64,000 bases of DNA from Schwartzia sp. (in: firmicutes). GTDB taxonomy: Bacteria > Bacillota > Negativicutes > Selenomonadales > Selenomonadaceae. A program made the position numbers and the translations under genes. Below the pieces are notes generated by a model. It worked only from the letters and a program-made list of their open reading frames with translations. It did not search any database and was not told the origin of the DNA. Shown here piece after piece: positions 1 to 10,217 of the stretch; positions within the stretch are counted from its first letter, which is position 1; every line of letters starts with the position of its first letter. The stretch lies in NCBI GenBank assembly GCA_017480545.1, contig JAFVAI010000012.1, positions 5,452 through 69,451 of the forward strand, read 5' to 3'.

Positions 1-693
1 TTGGTGCAGCGCGTGGAGAACCGCAACGTGTTCATCGACCTCGGCAAGACGGAGGCGATTCTCGCGCCGTCGGAGCAGATCGAGGGCGAGACTTTCGCGC
101 ACGGGGATCGTGTGAAGGCGTATATCTTGGAGGTCCGCCGCACGTCGAAGGGACCGCAGATCGCCGTTTCCCGCACCCATCCGGGTTTGCTGAAGCGGCT
201 GTTCGAGATGGAGGTGCCGGAAATCCATGACGGCATTGTGGAAATCAAGTCGGTGGCCCGCGAGCCGGGCATGCGCTCGAAGATTGCCGTGTTCTCGAAG
301 GACGCGGACGTGGATCCCGTCGGCTCCTGCGTCGGTCATAAGGGTCTCCGTGTACAGGCGGTGGTGACGGAGCTGAAAAACGAGAAAATCGATATTGTGA
401 AGTGGAACGAGGATCCGGTGCATTATATCGCGAATGCGCTAAGCCCCGCGAAGGTGGTGTCCGTCGCGGTGAACGGGACGGAAAAGGCCTCGCGGGTCGT
501 GGTGCCGGACAACCAGCTTTCCCTGGCCATCGGCAAGGAAGGACAGAACGCCCGCCTCGCGGCCAAGCTGACGGGCTGGAAGATAGATATCAAGAGCGAG
601 TCCCAGGCGGCGGAAGAAGAGCCGGACGAGAACATGGCCGCCGTGGAGGTTACGGGCGAAGAGTCGTTCTCGGCGGAAGGTGTTGAGGCGTAA
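1..693 (+). CDS. nusA: Transcription termination/antitermination factor NusA, C-terminal part (5-prime end lies outside the window)
   Basis: S1/KH-region sequence ([34 protein letters not shown]). Stop TAA at 691-693. Followed by the canonical ylxR-ylxQ-infB-rbfA order. Confidence 0.95.
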   Translation: MVQRVENRNVFIDLGKTEAILAPSEQIEGETFAHGDRVKAYILEVRRTSKGPQIAVSRTHPGLLKRLFEMEVPEIHDGIVEIKSVAREPGMRSKIAVFSKDADVDPVGSCVGHKGLRVQAVVTELKNEKIDIVKWNEDPVHYIANALSPAKVVSVAVNGTEKASRVVVPDNQLSLAIGKEGQNARLAAKLTGWKIDIKSESQAAEEEPDENMAAVEVTGEESFSAEGVEA

Positions 694-968
694 TGGCGAC
701 GCAGAAAAAAAAGCCGGAGCGGCTTTGCCTCGGCTGCCAGACGGTGCGCCCGAAGAAGGAACTGGTGCGGATTGTCCGCAGCCCGGAGGGCGTCTTTTCG
801 GTGGATCTCACCGGGAAAAAACCGGGGCGGGGCGCATATGTGTGCCGAAAGCCGGAGTGCTTCGATGCGGCGGTGAAGCGCCGCCAGTTTGCAAAGTCGT
901 TTCAGGGGCCTGTGGACGCGGAGGTACTGAAGGCTCTGCGGGAAGAGCTTTTTCCCGAGGGGGCATGA
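693..968 (+). CDS. ylxR: YlxR/RnpM (DUF448) family RNA-binding protein
   Basis: 91 aa with RLCLGCQ...KKELVRIV and GRGAYVC motifs. ATG overlaps the nusA stop by 1 nt. Conserved position between nusA and infB. Confidence 0.9.
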   Translation: MATQKKKPERLCLGCQTVRPKKELVRIVRSPEGVFSVDLTGKKPGRGAYVCRKPECFDAAVKRRQFAKSFQGPVDAEVLKALREELFPEGA

Positions 969-1276
969 ACATGGATTTACAGAAGATTGAGGGCCTTTTG
1001 GGCATGGCGCAGCGCGCGGGCAAGATTGTTTCGGGAGAGCTCGCGGCGCGGAAGGCCATCGCGTCGGGCCAAGCGGCGGCCGCGATTGTAGCGGGGGACG
1101 CCTCGGAGCGCACAAAGGAGACGCTCCGTCAAGAAGCCGGGGCAAAGCAGATTCCCGTGTATGATCTCTTTACGAAGGAGATGCTGGGAAGGTGCTTGGG
1201 CAAAGAATACAGAGCCGTGGCGGCTCTTTTGGATAAAGGATTCGCGAAGACGCTCGCGGAGAAGGTACGGGGCTGA
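965..1276 (+). CDS. ylxQ: L7Ae/YlxQ family ribosomal-protein-like RNA-binding protein
   Basis: [14 protein letters not shown]...[12 protein letters not shown] pattern. ATG at 965 overlaps the ylxR stop. Conserved nusA-infB operon position. Confidence 0.8.
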   Translation: MNMDLQKIEGLLGMAQRAGKIVSGELAARKAIASGQAAAAIVAGDASERTKETLRQEAGAKQIPVYDLFTKEMLGRCLGKEYRAVAALLDKGFAKTLAEKVRG

Positions 1277-1309
1277 CGATTGGAGCCGGGCAATTTCGGA
1301 GGTGGTTCG

Positions 1310-4057
1310 ATGTCGAAATACAGAGTATACGAGTTGGCGAAGGAATTTCATACGGAGAGCAAGAATGTTTTGAAGCTTTTGACGCAGAACGGATATGAGA
1401 TCAAGAATACGCTGAGCAGCGTCGGCGAGGAAGAGCGGGCGGTTATCCAACGGCTGCTGGGCGACAAGGGGCAGAACGGGGAAAAGGGCGCGAAGCCGCA
1501 AGCAAAGCCAGCGGCCCAGACGACGCCGAACAGCCACACGCCTCCGGCCCAACGGCCGGGCGCGAAGCCGTCTGCGCAGACGAAACCGCTGGTGATGGGC
1601 ACGGTTCGCCGCATCGCCCGCGGCGCGGATATCCGCGCCGCGAAGGAGGCGGCGGAGCGCGCGGAGTTGGAGGCAAAGGAAGCCGCGGCACGCGCGGCGA
1701 AGGAAGCGGCGGAGGCCGCGACGCGTCCGAAGCCCGTCGAAGAGCCGAAGCGGCCCGAACGCGTAGAGGAACCCGCGTCGAAGCCGACGGAGCCGATCGA
1801 GAGCCGTCCGCAGCCGCAACCTCAGCCGCAGCAGGAGCGGCCTGCTCGAAAACCGCAAATCGCACAGCAGCCGCCGCAGGCGGCACAGAAACCCGCACAG
1901 CCGCAGGCCGAGCAACGTCGTCCGGCGCAACAGGGCGGAGAGAATCGTCCGACAGGAGGCAGAAACGGACATATGCAAGGAGCCGGTGCGGGGCGCCCGC
2001 AGCAAAACGCGGGCAACAGCCAAAACCAGAATCAGGGCCGCAAAAACGGCTCCGGCGACGGCAATCGTCGCGGCGGAGCGGGCGATGGCGGCAACCGCCG
2101 CAATCGCGACAACGGCGGCAAGCGCGGCGGCAAGAACCAGCGCGATGACCGCAGGAACAGCAACGGCGGGAATTTCAACAACGGCGGTTTCAATCGCAAC
2201 GAGAACCGTCCGGGGCGCAAGAACCGCAAGAACAAGAACCAACAGCCGCAGCAACAGAAGGCGGAGATCGCGCGTCCGACGCATATCAAGATTGGCGAGA
2301 CGATCGTGGTTCGCGACTTGGCCAGCAAGATGAGCTGCACGGCGGCGGACATCATCAAGAAGCTTTTCCTGATGGGCTCGATTGCGACCATCAATCAGGA
2401 AATCGATTACGACACGGCGGAGCTGGTGGCCAGCGAATTCGGCGTGACCGTGGAAGCGCTGCCGCCGGAAATCGATTTGACGGAAATCCCGGTGGTCGAG
2501 GACGATCCGAAGACGCTCGTCACCCGTCCGCCGGTGGTCACGGTCATGGGCCACGTCGACCACGGCAAGACATCGCTCCTTGATGTCATCCGCAAGAGCT
2601 CGGTGGCCCGTGGCGAGGCCGGCGGCATCACGCAACATATCGGCGCGTATCAGGTCAACTGCCAAGGCAAGAAAATCGTGTTCCTTGACACGCCGGGCCA
2701 TGAGGCATTCACGGCGATGCGCGCACGCGGCGCGCAGGTCACGGACATCGCGATCCTCGTGGTCGCGGCGGACGACGGCGTCATGCCGCAAACCATCGAG
2801 GCCATCAACCACGCGAAGTCGGCGAAAGTACCGATCATCGTCGCGATCAACAAGATCGACAAGCCGGGCGCGAACCCGGACCATGTCAAGCAACAGCTCG
2901 CCGAGCACGAACTGATTTCCGAGGAATGGGGCGGCGATGTCATCATGGTGCCCGTGTCCGCGAAGAAGGAAATCGGCATCAACGACCTCCTGGAGACGAT
3001 CCTGCTCGTCGCCGAGGTGCAGGAACTGAAAGCGAACCCGAACCGCGAAGCGCGCGGCGTCATCATCGAGGCCCAGCTGGACAAAGGCCGCGGCCCGGTG
3101 GCGACCGTGTTGGTGCAAAATGGTACGCTCCGCATCGGCGACTCCATTGTCGCGGGCACGACTTACGGCAAAGTCCGCGCGATGATCAACGACCGGGGCG
3201 AGAACGTGAAAAAAGCGCCGCCGTCGATGCCGGTGGAGGTACTCGGCCTTTCGGACGTGCCGGAGGCCGGCGACGAGTTGGCGGCTCTCGACGAAAAACT
3301 TGCGCGCGCCATCGCGGAAAAGCGCATTGAAAAGCAGCGCACGGAACTGATTCATTCGAAGAAAGTTTCACTGGACGATTTGTTCCACCAAATCCAGGAG
3401 GGCCATATCAAGGACCTCAATATCGTCATCAAAGCGGACGTGCAGGGCTCCGTCGAAGCGCTCACGGGCTCCCTCCTCGCGCTGAACAAGAACGAGGAAG
3501 TGCGCGTCAGCATCGTCCATTCCGGTGTCGGCGCGGTCAGCGAATCCGACGTCATGTTGGCGGCGGCGTCCAACGCGCTGATCATCGCCTTCAATGTGCG
3601 CCCGGATGCCAACGCGCGCAAAGCGGCGGACGCGGAAAAGATCGATATCCGCACCTATCAGGTCATCTACGACGCGCTGAACGATGTCAAGGCGGCGATG
3701 TCCGGTATGCTCGCGCCGAAGTACAAAGAAGTGGTCAGCGGCAAGGTCGAGATCCGTCAGGTCATGAAATTCTCGAAAGTCCTCGTCGCCGGCTGCTATG
3801 TGCTGGAAGGCAAGATCAGGAACGACTCGAAGGTTCGCATCATCCGCGACCATATCGTCGTCTTTGACGGCGAAGTCGATTCCCTGCGCCGTTTCAAGGA
3901 CGACGTCAAGGAAGTGGCATCCGGCTACGAGTGCGGCCTGACGCTGAAGGATTATCGCGACTTCAAGGAAGGCGATATCCTCGAAGTCTACGAGATGGAA
4001 GAAATCGAAACCTCCATCGCCGAGGTCAACGCCGCGGCGGAGGAAAAGGAAAACTAG
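1310..4057 (+). CDS. infB: Translation initiation factor IF-2
   Basis: N-terminal [13 protein letters not shown], low-complexity linker, G-domain motifs [12 protein letters not shown] / DTPGHEAF / NKID. GGAGG lies 7 nt upstream of the ATG at 1310 (the track ORF starts earlier, at 1280). Confidence 0.97.
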   Translation: MSKYRVYELAKEFHTESKNVLKLLTQNGYEIKNTLSSVGEEERAVIQRLLGDKGQNGEKGAKPQAKPAAQTTPNSHTPPAQRPGAKPSAQTKPLVMGTVRRIARGADIRAAKEAAERAELEAKEAAARAAKEAAEAATRPKPVEEPKRPERVEEPASKPTEPIESRPQPQPQPQQERPARKPQIAQQPPQAAQKPAQPQAEQRRPAQQGGENRPTGGRNGHMQGAGAGRPQQNAGNSQNQNQGRKNGSGDGNRRGGAGDGGNRRNRDNGGKRGGKNQRDDRRNSNGGNFNNGGFNRNENRPGRKNRKNKNQQPQQQKAEIARPTHIKIGETIVVRDLASKMSCTAADIIKKLFLMGSIATINQEIDYDTAELVASEFGVTVEALPPEIDLTEIPVVEDDPKTLVTRPPVVTVMGHVDHGKTSLLDVIRKSSVARGEAGGITQHIGAYQVNCQGKKIVFLDTPGHEAFTAMRARGAQVTDIAILVVAADDGVMPQTIEAINHAKSAKVPIIVAINKIDKPGANPDHVKQQLAEHELISEEWGGDVIMVPVSAKKEIGINDLLETILLVAEVQELKANPNREARGVIIEAQLDKGRGPVATVLVQNGTLRIGDSIVAGTTYGKVRAMINDRGENVKKAPPSMPVEVLGLSDVPEAGDELAALDEKLARAIAEKRIEKQRTELIHSKKVSLDDLFHQIQEGHIKDLNIVIKADVQGSVEALTGSLLALNKNEEVRVSIVHSGVGAVSESDVMLAAASNALIIAFNVRPDANARKAADAEKIDIRTYQVIYDALNDVKAAMSGMLAPKYKEVVSGKVEIRQVMKFSKVLVAGCYVLEGKIRNDSKVRIIRDHIVVFDGEVDSLRRFKDDVKEVASGYECGLTLKDYRDFKEGDILEVYEMEEIETSIAEVNAAAEEKEN

Positions 4058-4140
4058 GCTATTGCAACACTGCCTGCGGAGGCTTCGCCGTTTTCTGCGG
4101 CGCGTCTCGCAGGCAGTTTGTTTTGGGAAGGAAGAAAAAC

Positions 4141-4521
4141 ATGGGACAGTTGCGTATGGAGCGCGTCCAGGAATTGATGAAGCAGGAAATCAGCAAGATT
4201 ATTCTGGAAGATGTCAAGGATCCGCGGGTCGGCTTTGTGACCGTCACGCGGGTCAGCGTCACCAGCGATTTGCGCTCGGCGCGCGTATTTGTGAGCCTGA
4301 TGGGGAGCGAGGAGCAAATGGCGGATTCCCTGCGCGGGTTGAACCGCTCGTTGGGCTTTATCCGCCGTGAGGTCGGGCAACGTGTCCGGCTCCGCTACAC
4401 GCCGGAGCTATCGTTGGAAATCGACGACTCGATGGCTTACAGCGCGCATATCCAAGAGCTTCTCCTGCGGGTACAGGCGGAAGCGGGGGACAAATCGACG
4501 AAAGGCGGGGAAAACGAATGA
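4141..4521 (+). CDS. rbfA: Ribosome-binding factor A
   Basis: RMERVQELMKQEISKII...DPRVGFVTVTRVSVTSDLRSARVFVS is typical of RbfA. Immediately downstream of infB. Confidence 0.93.
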   Translation: MGQLRMERVQELMKQEISKIILEDVKDPRVGFVTVTRVSVTSDLRSARVFVSLMGSEEQMADSLRGLNRSLGFIRREVGQRVRLRYTPELSLEIDDSMAYSAHIQELLLRVQAEAGDKSTKGGENE

Positions 4522-5459
4522 AGATTACGATAGAGGACGTCGCCGAAAAGCTCATGGCGGCGAACAAACTCCTGATCACGGCACATGTAAACCCGGACGG
4601 CGACGCCATCGGATCGACGCTGGCGCTGGCGGCGCTCCTTCACGGAAAAGGCAAGACAACCGTCGTGATGCTCGACGACAAGCTGCCGAAAAATCTTTCT
4701 TTCCTGCCGGGTTACGACGCCATCGTCCGCCCGGAGGAAGGGGAAAAAGCCGATGCCGAAATGCTCGTGATTCTCGATACGAGCCTTGACCGCATCGGCG
4801 AAGTCGCAAAAGCGGCGGAAGGACTGCCCGTACTGAACATCGACCACCACATCTCAAACGACGGGAAAGCGGATTTCCTTTACAATGACGACCGCGCGGC
4901 GACGGCGGAAATCATTTTTGAACTGGTCGAGCGTCTGGGCGGCGGCTTTACGCCGGAAATCGCGATGCCGCTTTATACGGGCCTCGCGACCGACACGGGC
5001 TTTTTCAAATTTTCCAACACGCGCCCAGAAACGATGCGCGCCGCCGCGCGCCTCCTCGAAGCGGGTGTGCGTCCCGAGCGGGTGTCCGAGGCGCTGGAGG
5101 AAAAGCCGGAAAGCGTCGTACGCGGACAAGCGGCGGCGCTTCAGACGATGGAGCTTTCCTACGACGGGCGCGTGGCCGGGCTGTACCTCGACAAAGCGTT
5201 GGCCACCTCCCTCGATACGACCGAAGGCTTCATCGACTTCGTGCGCGTGATTGAGGGCGTCGAGATTGCGGTGTTGCTGAAAGAGATGGACGAAAACTTC
5301 TGCCGCGCCAGCGTTCGCTCGAAGGGGCTGGATGTCAGCAAGCTCGCGATGAAGTTCGGCGGCGGCGGCCACCTCCGCGCGGCGGGCTTTCCGGTCAAAA
5401 AGCCGCTGGCGGAGGCAAAGAAAGACGTCCTGGAAGCGCTGGGGGAAATCCTGGGCTGA
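4518..5459 (+). CDS. nrnA: DHH/DHHA1 family phosphoesterase (NrnA-type oligoribonuclease / pAp phosphatase)
   Basis: DHH motifs (HVNPDGDAIGS, NIDHH) and DHHA1 GGGH. ATG overlaps the rbfA stop. Confidence 0.85.
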   Translation: MKITIEDVAEKLMAANKLLITAHVNPDGDAIGSTLALAALLHGKGKTTVVMLDDKLPKNLSFLPGYDAIVRPEEGEKADAEMLVILDTSLDRIGEVAKAAEGLPVLNIDHHISNDGKADFLYNDDRAATAEIIFELVERLGGGFTPEIAMPLYTGLATDTGFFKFSNTRPETMRAAARLLEAGVRPERVSEALEEKPESVVRGQAAALQTMELSYDGRVAGLYLDKALATSLDTTEGFIDFVRVIEGVEIAVLLKEMDENFCRASVRSKGLDVSKLAMKFGGGGHLRAAGFPVKKPLAEAKKDVLEALGEILG

Positions 5460-5491
5460 AAGGGTTCATTCCGTATAAAGGTGATGGTTCG

Positions 5492-6367
5492 GTGCGGGAC
5501 GGATTTATCAATTTTCTCAAGCCGCCGGGGATGTCCTCCCATGACGCGGTGGGCTGTGCGCGGCGTGTGCTCGGGCTGAAAAAAGCGGGCCACGCGGGGA
5601 CGCTGGACCCCGGTGCGGCGGGAGTGCTCCCGATTGCCGTCGGGCGCGCGACCCGGCTTTTGGAGTACATCGGCGGCACACGGAAAGCCTACCGCGCAGA
5701 GCTTCGCTTCGGCAAGGAAACGGACAGCGGCGACGACCTCGGCGGAATCGTCGCGGAAAGCGATGCCCCCTTTCCGGACGTGGAAACGCTGGTGCGGGCC
5801 GTTCGTTCGCTGACCGGGGAGATTTCCCAGATACCGCCGATTTACTCTGCCGTGAAAATCGGAGGGCGGCGCGCCTGCGACCTCGCGCGGCAAAACGCCG
5901 CGGTGGAGCTCCCGCCGCGGCGCGTGACGATTTATCGTCTCGAAGTCTTGGCTCGGAACGAAGAGGAAAGAACGCTGCTGCTCGACGTGGAATGCTCGAA
6001 GGGTACCTATATCCGCTCCCTCTGCCGCGACCTCGGCCGCGCGGCGGGCATCCCGGCGGCGATGTCATTTCTTGTGCGGACGCGCGTCGGCGACTTTCAG
6101 TTGGATCGTGCGCACACGCCGGAAGAACTGGCGGTGCTGGGCGAGGCGGCGGTGGAGCCGCCGGAAACCTGCCTCGGCTGCCTGCCCCGTTGCGAGCTGC
6201 CGGAGGCACGGCGGACGGCGTTCCTGAACGGCCTCTCCACGCGCCTTCCGGGAGCGGCGGGCGCGGCGGGGCCGCTGGCGATCTTTGCCGGCGGCGCTTT
6301 TCTCGGCATCGGGCGGTATGACGCGGCATCGTCGTCGCTCGTGCCGGACAAGGTCTATGAAAACTAG
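5492..6367 (+). CDS. truB: tRNA pseudouridine(55) synthase
   Basis: KPPGMSSHD and HAGTLDPGAAGVLP catalytic Asp motif. GTG start. Operon context. Confidence 0.93.
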   Translation: MRDGFINFLKPPGMSSHDAVGCARRVLGLKKAGHAGTLDPGAAGVLPIAVGRATRLLEYIGGTRKAYRAELRFGKETDSGDDLGGIVAESDAPFPDVETLVRAVRSLTGEISQIPPIYSAVKIGGRRACDLARQNAAVELPPRRVTIYRLEVLARNEEERTLLLDVECSKGTYIRSLCRDLGRAAGIPAAMSFLVRTRVGDFQLDRAHTPEELAVLGEAAVEPPETCLGCLPRCELPEARRTAFLNGLSTRLPGAAGAAGPLAIFAGGAFLGIGRYDAASSSLVPDKVYEN

Positions 6368-6394
6368 GGAACAGGGAAAGGGGAGAGACGGCGC

Positions 6395-7354
6395 GTGAAA
6401 ATCGTGGAGCGGCTTTCGGACGTGCGAACGGAAAAAAACGCGCGGGGCTGCGTCGTCGCCGTCGGCACCTTCGACGGTGTGCATATCGGCCATCAGGCCC
6501 TGATTTCCCGTGCCGTGTCGCTGGCGCGGGAAGCGGGCGCGTCGGCCGTTGTCTTGACATTTCAAAACCACCCGCTGTCCGTGCTCGCGCCGGAGCGGGT
6601 TCCCTCCGCGCTGTCCTCTCCGGGGGAGCGGCGGCAGGTCTTCGAGAGCCTCGGCATCGACCTCGTGGTGGAGGAACGTTTCACGAAGGAACTGGCCTCG
6701 ATTTCAGCGGAGGATTTCCTCGCGTGTCTCGTCGAAGCCCTCGCGCCGCGCGCGGTCGTTGTCGGCGAAAATTTTTCCTTTGGCGCGGGCGGGCGCGGCA
6801 CGCCGGATTTCCTTCTTGCTTGGGACGAGGCGGCGGGCGTTCGGGTCGAGAAAGTGCCGCTGCTGTTGCGCGCGGGAAAAACAGTGTCGAGCACACGGAT
6901 CCGCGCGTTGCTCTCGGCGGGCGACGTGCGCTTCGCCGGCGAACTCTTGGGCCGCCCCTTTTCGCTCTCGGGTCTCGTAGTCCACGGCGACGAGCGCGGC
7001 CGGACTCTCGGATTCCCCACGGCGAATATCCTTCCTTCGCCGGGCGAGGCCTGTCCGGCGAAGGGCGCTTACGCGGTCCGCGCAACCTTGGGCGACGGAG
7101 CCGAGCATTGCGGTGTCGCCAACGTCGGCGACAACCCGACCTTCGGCGGCGTCGAGCCGCGCGTCGAAACCCACATCCTCGATTTTTCCGGCGACCTTTA
7201 CGGCGCGCCGATGACCGTGCGCTTCGTCGAACGGCTTCGGGCGGAGCAAAAATTCCCGTCGCCGGAAGCCCTCGTCGAGCAAATCCGGCGGGACGAGCAA
7301 AGCGCGCGGGAGATATTTTCGAGCATAAAAATTGAGAGTGATGCTTGCCGCTAA
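6395..7354 (+). CDS. ribF: Bifunctional riboflavin kinase / FMN adenylyltransferase
   Basis: GTFDGVHIGHQ nucleotidyltransferase motif and C-terminal kinase region (GFPTANI, ETHILDF). Follows truB. Confidence 0.93.
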   Translation: MKIVERLSDVRTEKNARGCVVAVGTFDGVHIGHQALISRAVSLAREAGASAVVLTFQNHPLSVLAPERVPSALSSPGERRQVFESLGIDLVVEERFTKELASISAEDFLACLVEALAPRAVVVGENFSFGAGGRGTPDFLLAWDEAAGVRVEKVPLLLRAGKTVSSTRIRALLSAGDVRFAGELLGRPFSLSGLVVHGDERGRTLGFPTANILPSPGEACPAKGAYAVRATLGDGAEHCGVANVGDNPTFGGVEPRVETHILDFSGDLYGAPMTVRFVERLRAEQKFPSPEALVEQIRRDEQSAREIFSSIKIESDACR

Positions 7355-7451
7355 CACGCAAGCACACAGAACGCATGAAAACCTTTCGGAAACGATTCAA
7401 TGTTCCGGAAGGTTTTTTCTTTCCTATGCTTTCGCTTCGGCGAGGCTTTGG

Positions 7452-7489
7452 AAAATTTTGAGGTAAGAAATTCTTACTTCAAAAAATTT
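7452..7489 (+). repeat. Copy 1 of a 38-bp AT-rich near-perfect palindrome (AAAATTTTGAGGTAAGAA-ATTCTTACTTCAAAAAATTT)
   Basis: Read directly. Near-identical copies occur at 25014-25051 and, inverted, at 50842-50879. Could terminate ribF. Confidence 0.8.
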
Positions 7490-7535
7490 CGTTCTCTTTC
7501 CTTCCGCGCCATCATTATGAAGGCGTTGCGTAACT

Positions 7536-7578
7536 TGTAACAAATGTTACAGACTTCTCCCGTTTCCTTCCGTATAAT
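7536..7578 (+). promoter_or_regulatory. hcp promoter: Crp/Fnr-type palindrome TGTAAC-AAAT-GTTACA (7536-7551) plus -10 TATAAT (7573-7578)
   Basis: Perfect 6-N4-6 inverted repeat. Its centre lies about 41.5 bp upstream of a TSS inferred 7 nt after the -10, which is class-II activator geometry. An HcpR-like Crp/Fnr regulator is encoded downstream of hcp. Confidence 0.6.
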
Positions 7579-7615
7579 GGAAGCGCAAGGAAAAACATGA
7601 CGGGGGGATTTTTTC

Positions 7616-9250
7616 ATGGAGAACAAGATGTTTTGCTTTCAGTGCCAAGAGACGGCGGGCGGCAAAGGCTGCACGATGATGGGCGTCTGCGGGAAAAAGC
7701 CCGAGGTCGCCGCGATGCAGGATCTTTTGGTGTATGCCACGAAGGGGCTTTCCACGGTGACGACGCGATTGCGCGCCGAGGGAAAGGACGTCGCCGCCGA
7801 GGTCAATCATCTCGTGACGCTGAATCTTTTTACGACCATCACCAACGCGAATTTTGACGAGGATGTCATCGCGGCGCGCGTGGGGGAAACGCTTGCGGCG
7901 CGCGACAATCTCGCGGCGAAGCTCGCGGACAAGTCCGGCTTGCCCGACGCGGCGACTTGGACGGCGGCGCGGGACGGTTTCGGGGCAAAAGCGCGGACGG
8001 TGGGTGTGCTCCGCACGGAAAACGAAGATATTCGCAGTTTGCGTGAATTGATTGCTTACGGCTTGAAAGGGCTTGCCGCATACATGAAGCACGCGAACGC
8101 TCTGGGCAAGGAAAACGCGAAAATCGACGCGTTCGCGCAGGAGACGCTGGCGAAACTTTTGGACGATTCGCTGGACGCGAAGGCGCTGACCGCGTTGACG
8201 TTGGAGACGGGCAAATGGGGCGTCGAGGCGATGGCGCTCTTGGACGCGGCGAATACGGAGGCCTACGGCAATCCGGAGATCACGAAAGTCGAGCTTGGCG
8301 TACGGAACCAGCCGGGCATCCTGATTTCGGGGCACGACCTCAAAGACCTCGAAATGCTTCTGGAGCAGACGAAGGGCACGGGCGTGGACGTCTACACCCA
8401 CGGCGAAATGCTGCCCGCGCATTATTATCCGGCGTTCAAGAAATATCCGCATTTCGCGGGCAATTACGGAAACGCGTGGTGGAAACAGAAGGAAGAGTTC
8501 GAGGCCTTCGGCGGGCCGATCTTGATGACGACGAATTGCGTCGTACCGCCGAAGGATTCGTATAAGGCGCGGCTCTTTACCACGGGCGCGACGGGCGTAC
8601 CCGGTTGCCCGCACATCGAGGCGAAAGCCGACGGCACGAAGGACTTTTCCGCTCTGATCGAGTGCGCGAAAAAATGCGCGCCGCCGAAGGAACTGGAAAC
8701 GGGAGAAATCGTCGGCGGCTTCGCCCACGCGCAGGTCTTCGCGCTGGCGGACAAGGTCATCGAGGCGGTGAAGTCCGGCGCGATCAAGAAATTTGTGGTG
8801 ATGGCGGGCTGCGACGGACGCATGAAGTCCCGCGAATATTACGCGGAGTTTGCGAAAGCGTTGCCGAAGGATACGGTAATCTTGACGGCGGGCTGCGCGA
8901 AGTACAAATATATCAAGCTCCCCCTTGGCGAAATCGGCGGCATCCCGCGCGTCCTCGACGCGGGGCAATGCAACGATTCCTATTCGCTGGCGCTGATCGC
9001 GCTGAAGCTGAAGGAAGCGTTCGGCCTCGCGGACGTAAACGAACTGCCGATTGTCTACAATATCGCGTGGTACGAGCAAAAGGCGGTCATCGTGCTCTTG
9101 GCGCTGCTGCACCTCGGCGTGAAGCATATCCACCTCGGCCCGACGCTCCCCGCGTTCCTCTCGCCGAACGTGGCGAAGGTACTGGTGGAAAACTTCGGCA
9201 TCGGCAGCGTCACAACCGTGGAGGACGACATCAAAACGATGATTGGATAA
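7616..9250 (+). CDS. hcp: Hydroxylamine reductase / hybrid-cluster protein
   Basis: N-terminal Cys cluster [23 protein letters not shown] and full-length Hcp-like sequence (544 aa). G-rich RBS upstream. Confidence 0.96.
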   Translation: MENKMFCFQCQETAGGKGCTMMGVCGKKPEVAAMQDLLVYATKGLSTVTTRLRAEGKDVAAEVNHLVTLNLFTTITNANFDEDVIAARVGETLAARDNLAAKLADKSGLPDAATWTAARDGFGAKARTVGVLRTENEDIRSLRELIAYGLKGLAAYMKHANALGKENAKIDAFAQETLAKLLDDSLDAKALTALTLETGKWGVEAMALLDAANTEAYGNPEITKVELGVRNQPGILISGHDLKDLEMLLEQTKGTGVDVYTHGEMLPAHYYPAFKKYPHFAGNYGNAWWKQKEEFEAFGGPILMTTNCVVPPKDSYKARLFTTGATGVPGCPHIEAKADGTKDFSALIECAKKCAPPKELETGEIVGGFAHAQVFALADKVIEAVKSGAIKKFVVMAGCDGRMKSREYYAEFAKALPKDTVILTAGCAKYKYIKLPLGEIGGIPRVLDAGQCNDSYSLALIALKLKEAFGLADVNELPIVYNIAWYEQKAVIVLLALLHLGVKHIHLGPTLPAFLSPNVAKVLVENFGIGSVTTVEDDIKTMIG

Positions 9251-9290
9251 TTTCCTAAAAGAGTAGAGAGTGAAGCGATTGCATGATATA

Positions 9291-9470
9291 ATGTGTCCGC
9301 TTGGCGAGCGCGACGCGCGAGCCTAGCGGCACATATCCACTGTGTGGATAATGTGTCCGCTTGGCGAGCGCGACGCGCGAGCTTAGCGGCACATATCCAC
9401 TGTGTGGGTAATGTGTCCGCTTGGCGAGCGCGACGCGCGAGCTTAGCGGCACATATCCACCGTGTGGATC
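9291..9470. repeat. Three head-to-tail 60-bp repeats, each with internal palindromes
   Basis: Units at 9291-9350, 9351-9410 and 9411-9470 differ by 1-2 substitutions. Each has TATCCAC-TGT-GTGGATA and ATGTG(T)CCGC...GCGGCACAT inverted repeats. The array is enclosed by AGAGTGAAGC (about 9268) / GCTTCACTCT (about 9481) followed by a T-run. Confidence 0.9.
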
Positions 9471-9507
9471 ATGTGCGTAGCTTCACTCTTTTTTTGGAGG
9501 TGCGGAC

Positions 9508-10203
9508 GTGGCGGCGCGACGGAACGACGAATTGGCGGCGGTGCTTCGCCAATGTTCACTGACGGACGGCATGGATGAGACGGTTTTGCGTGATTTTCTC
9601 GCCTCCGGCGGCGTACGTCGGCTGCGGTTCGTGAAGGGCGCCCCCATCCTGCGCGAGGGCGCGGAGCTTCGCGAACTCTATGTTTTGCTGTCCGGCGGCG
9701 TGCAGATCTTGAAAAACACTTTTTCCGGGCGACGCATTTTGATTTCGGAAATCGACACGCCGGGGGATATGTTCGGCGAGGTGTATCTCGTGTTGCGCCA
9801 ACGCTGCGGCATGACGGTGGAAGCGACGCGGGACACGGAGCTTCTCGCCGTTTCCAGCCGCTTCTTTTCACTGGACGACGGCGCAGCGTCCGAAGCGGGG
9901 CTGCTCGTCCAACGGAACCTGATGCGCGTATTCGCGCGAAAAGCGTATTTCATGCACAGCAAGCTCCAAGTGCTGTCCAGTGGCGGCCTGCGGGAACGGT
10001 TGATTCGTTACCTGTTCCAACGCATGACGCCGGACGGCACGGCAGATCTCCCCGCAACGCGCGAGCAACTCGCGGGCGAGCTTGCGACCGCACGCCCGTC
10101 GCTTTCGCGGGAGCTTTCCCGCCTAGAGCGGGAGGGCATTTTGCGCGCAGAGGGAAAAAAGGCGCGCGTGCTGGATATGGCGCGGTTTGAAGAATATCTA
10201 TAA
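9508..10203 (+). CDS. Crp/Fnr family transcriptional regulator (HcpR-like by context)
   Basis: cNMP-binding-like N-terminal domain and C-terminal HTH (TREQLAGELATARPSLSRELSRLEREGIL). Adjacent to hcp. Confidence 0.85.
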   Translation: MAARRNDELAAVLRQCSLTDGMDETVLRDFLASGGVRRLRFVKGAPILREGAELRELYVLLSGGVQILKNTFSGRRILISEIDTPGDMFGEVYLVLRQRCGMTVEATRDTELLAVSSRFFSLDDGAASEAGLLVQRNLMRVFARKAYFMHSKLQVLSSGGLRERLIRYLFQRMTPDGTADLPATREQLAGELATARPSLSRELSRLEREGILRAEGKKARVLDMARFEEYL

Positions 10204-10217
10204 AAGAAGGAGATTCA

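Noticed and set aside
977-3355. 792-aa ORF antisense to infB. Similar giant ORFs lie at 10215-12089(-), 17649-20948(+), 22202-25249(+), 25210-27291(-), 25311-27647(+), 38477-40318(+), 48837-50843(+) and 51439-53568(-).
   Set aside because: These are Arg/Ala/Gly/Pro-rich low-complexity translations lying antisense to, or out of frame with, genes that have clear family motifs. This is the typical shadow-ORF artefact of high-GC DNA. No RBS or start context supports them.
9291-9470. Possible CRISPR array (regular 60-bp periodicity with palindromic segments)
   Set aside because: The units are directly tandem and near-identical over their entire length, so there are no unique spacers. No cas genes or leader are present.
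9255-9562. 65-aa and 89-aa ORFs with internally repeated peptide sequence (VSAWRARRASLAAHIHCV...)
   Set aside because: They are translations of the 60-bp tandem DNA repeat on both strands. The periodicity is at the DNA level and no start context exists.
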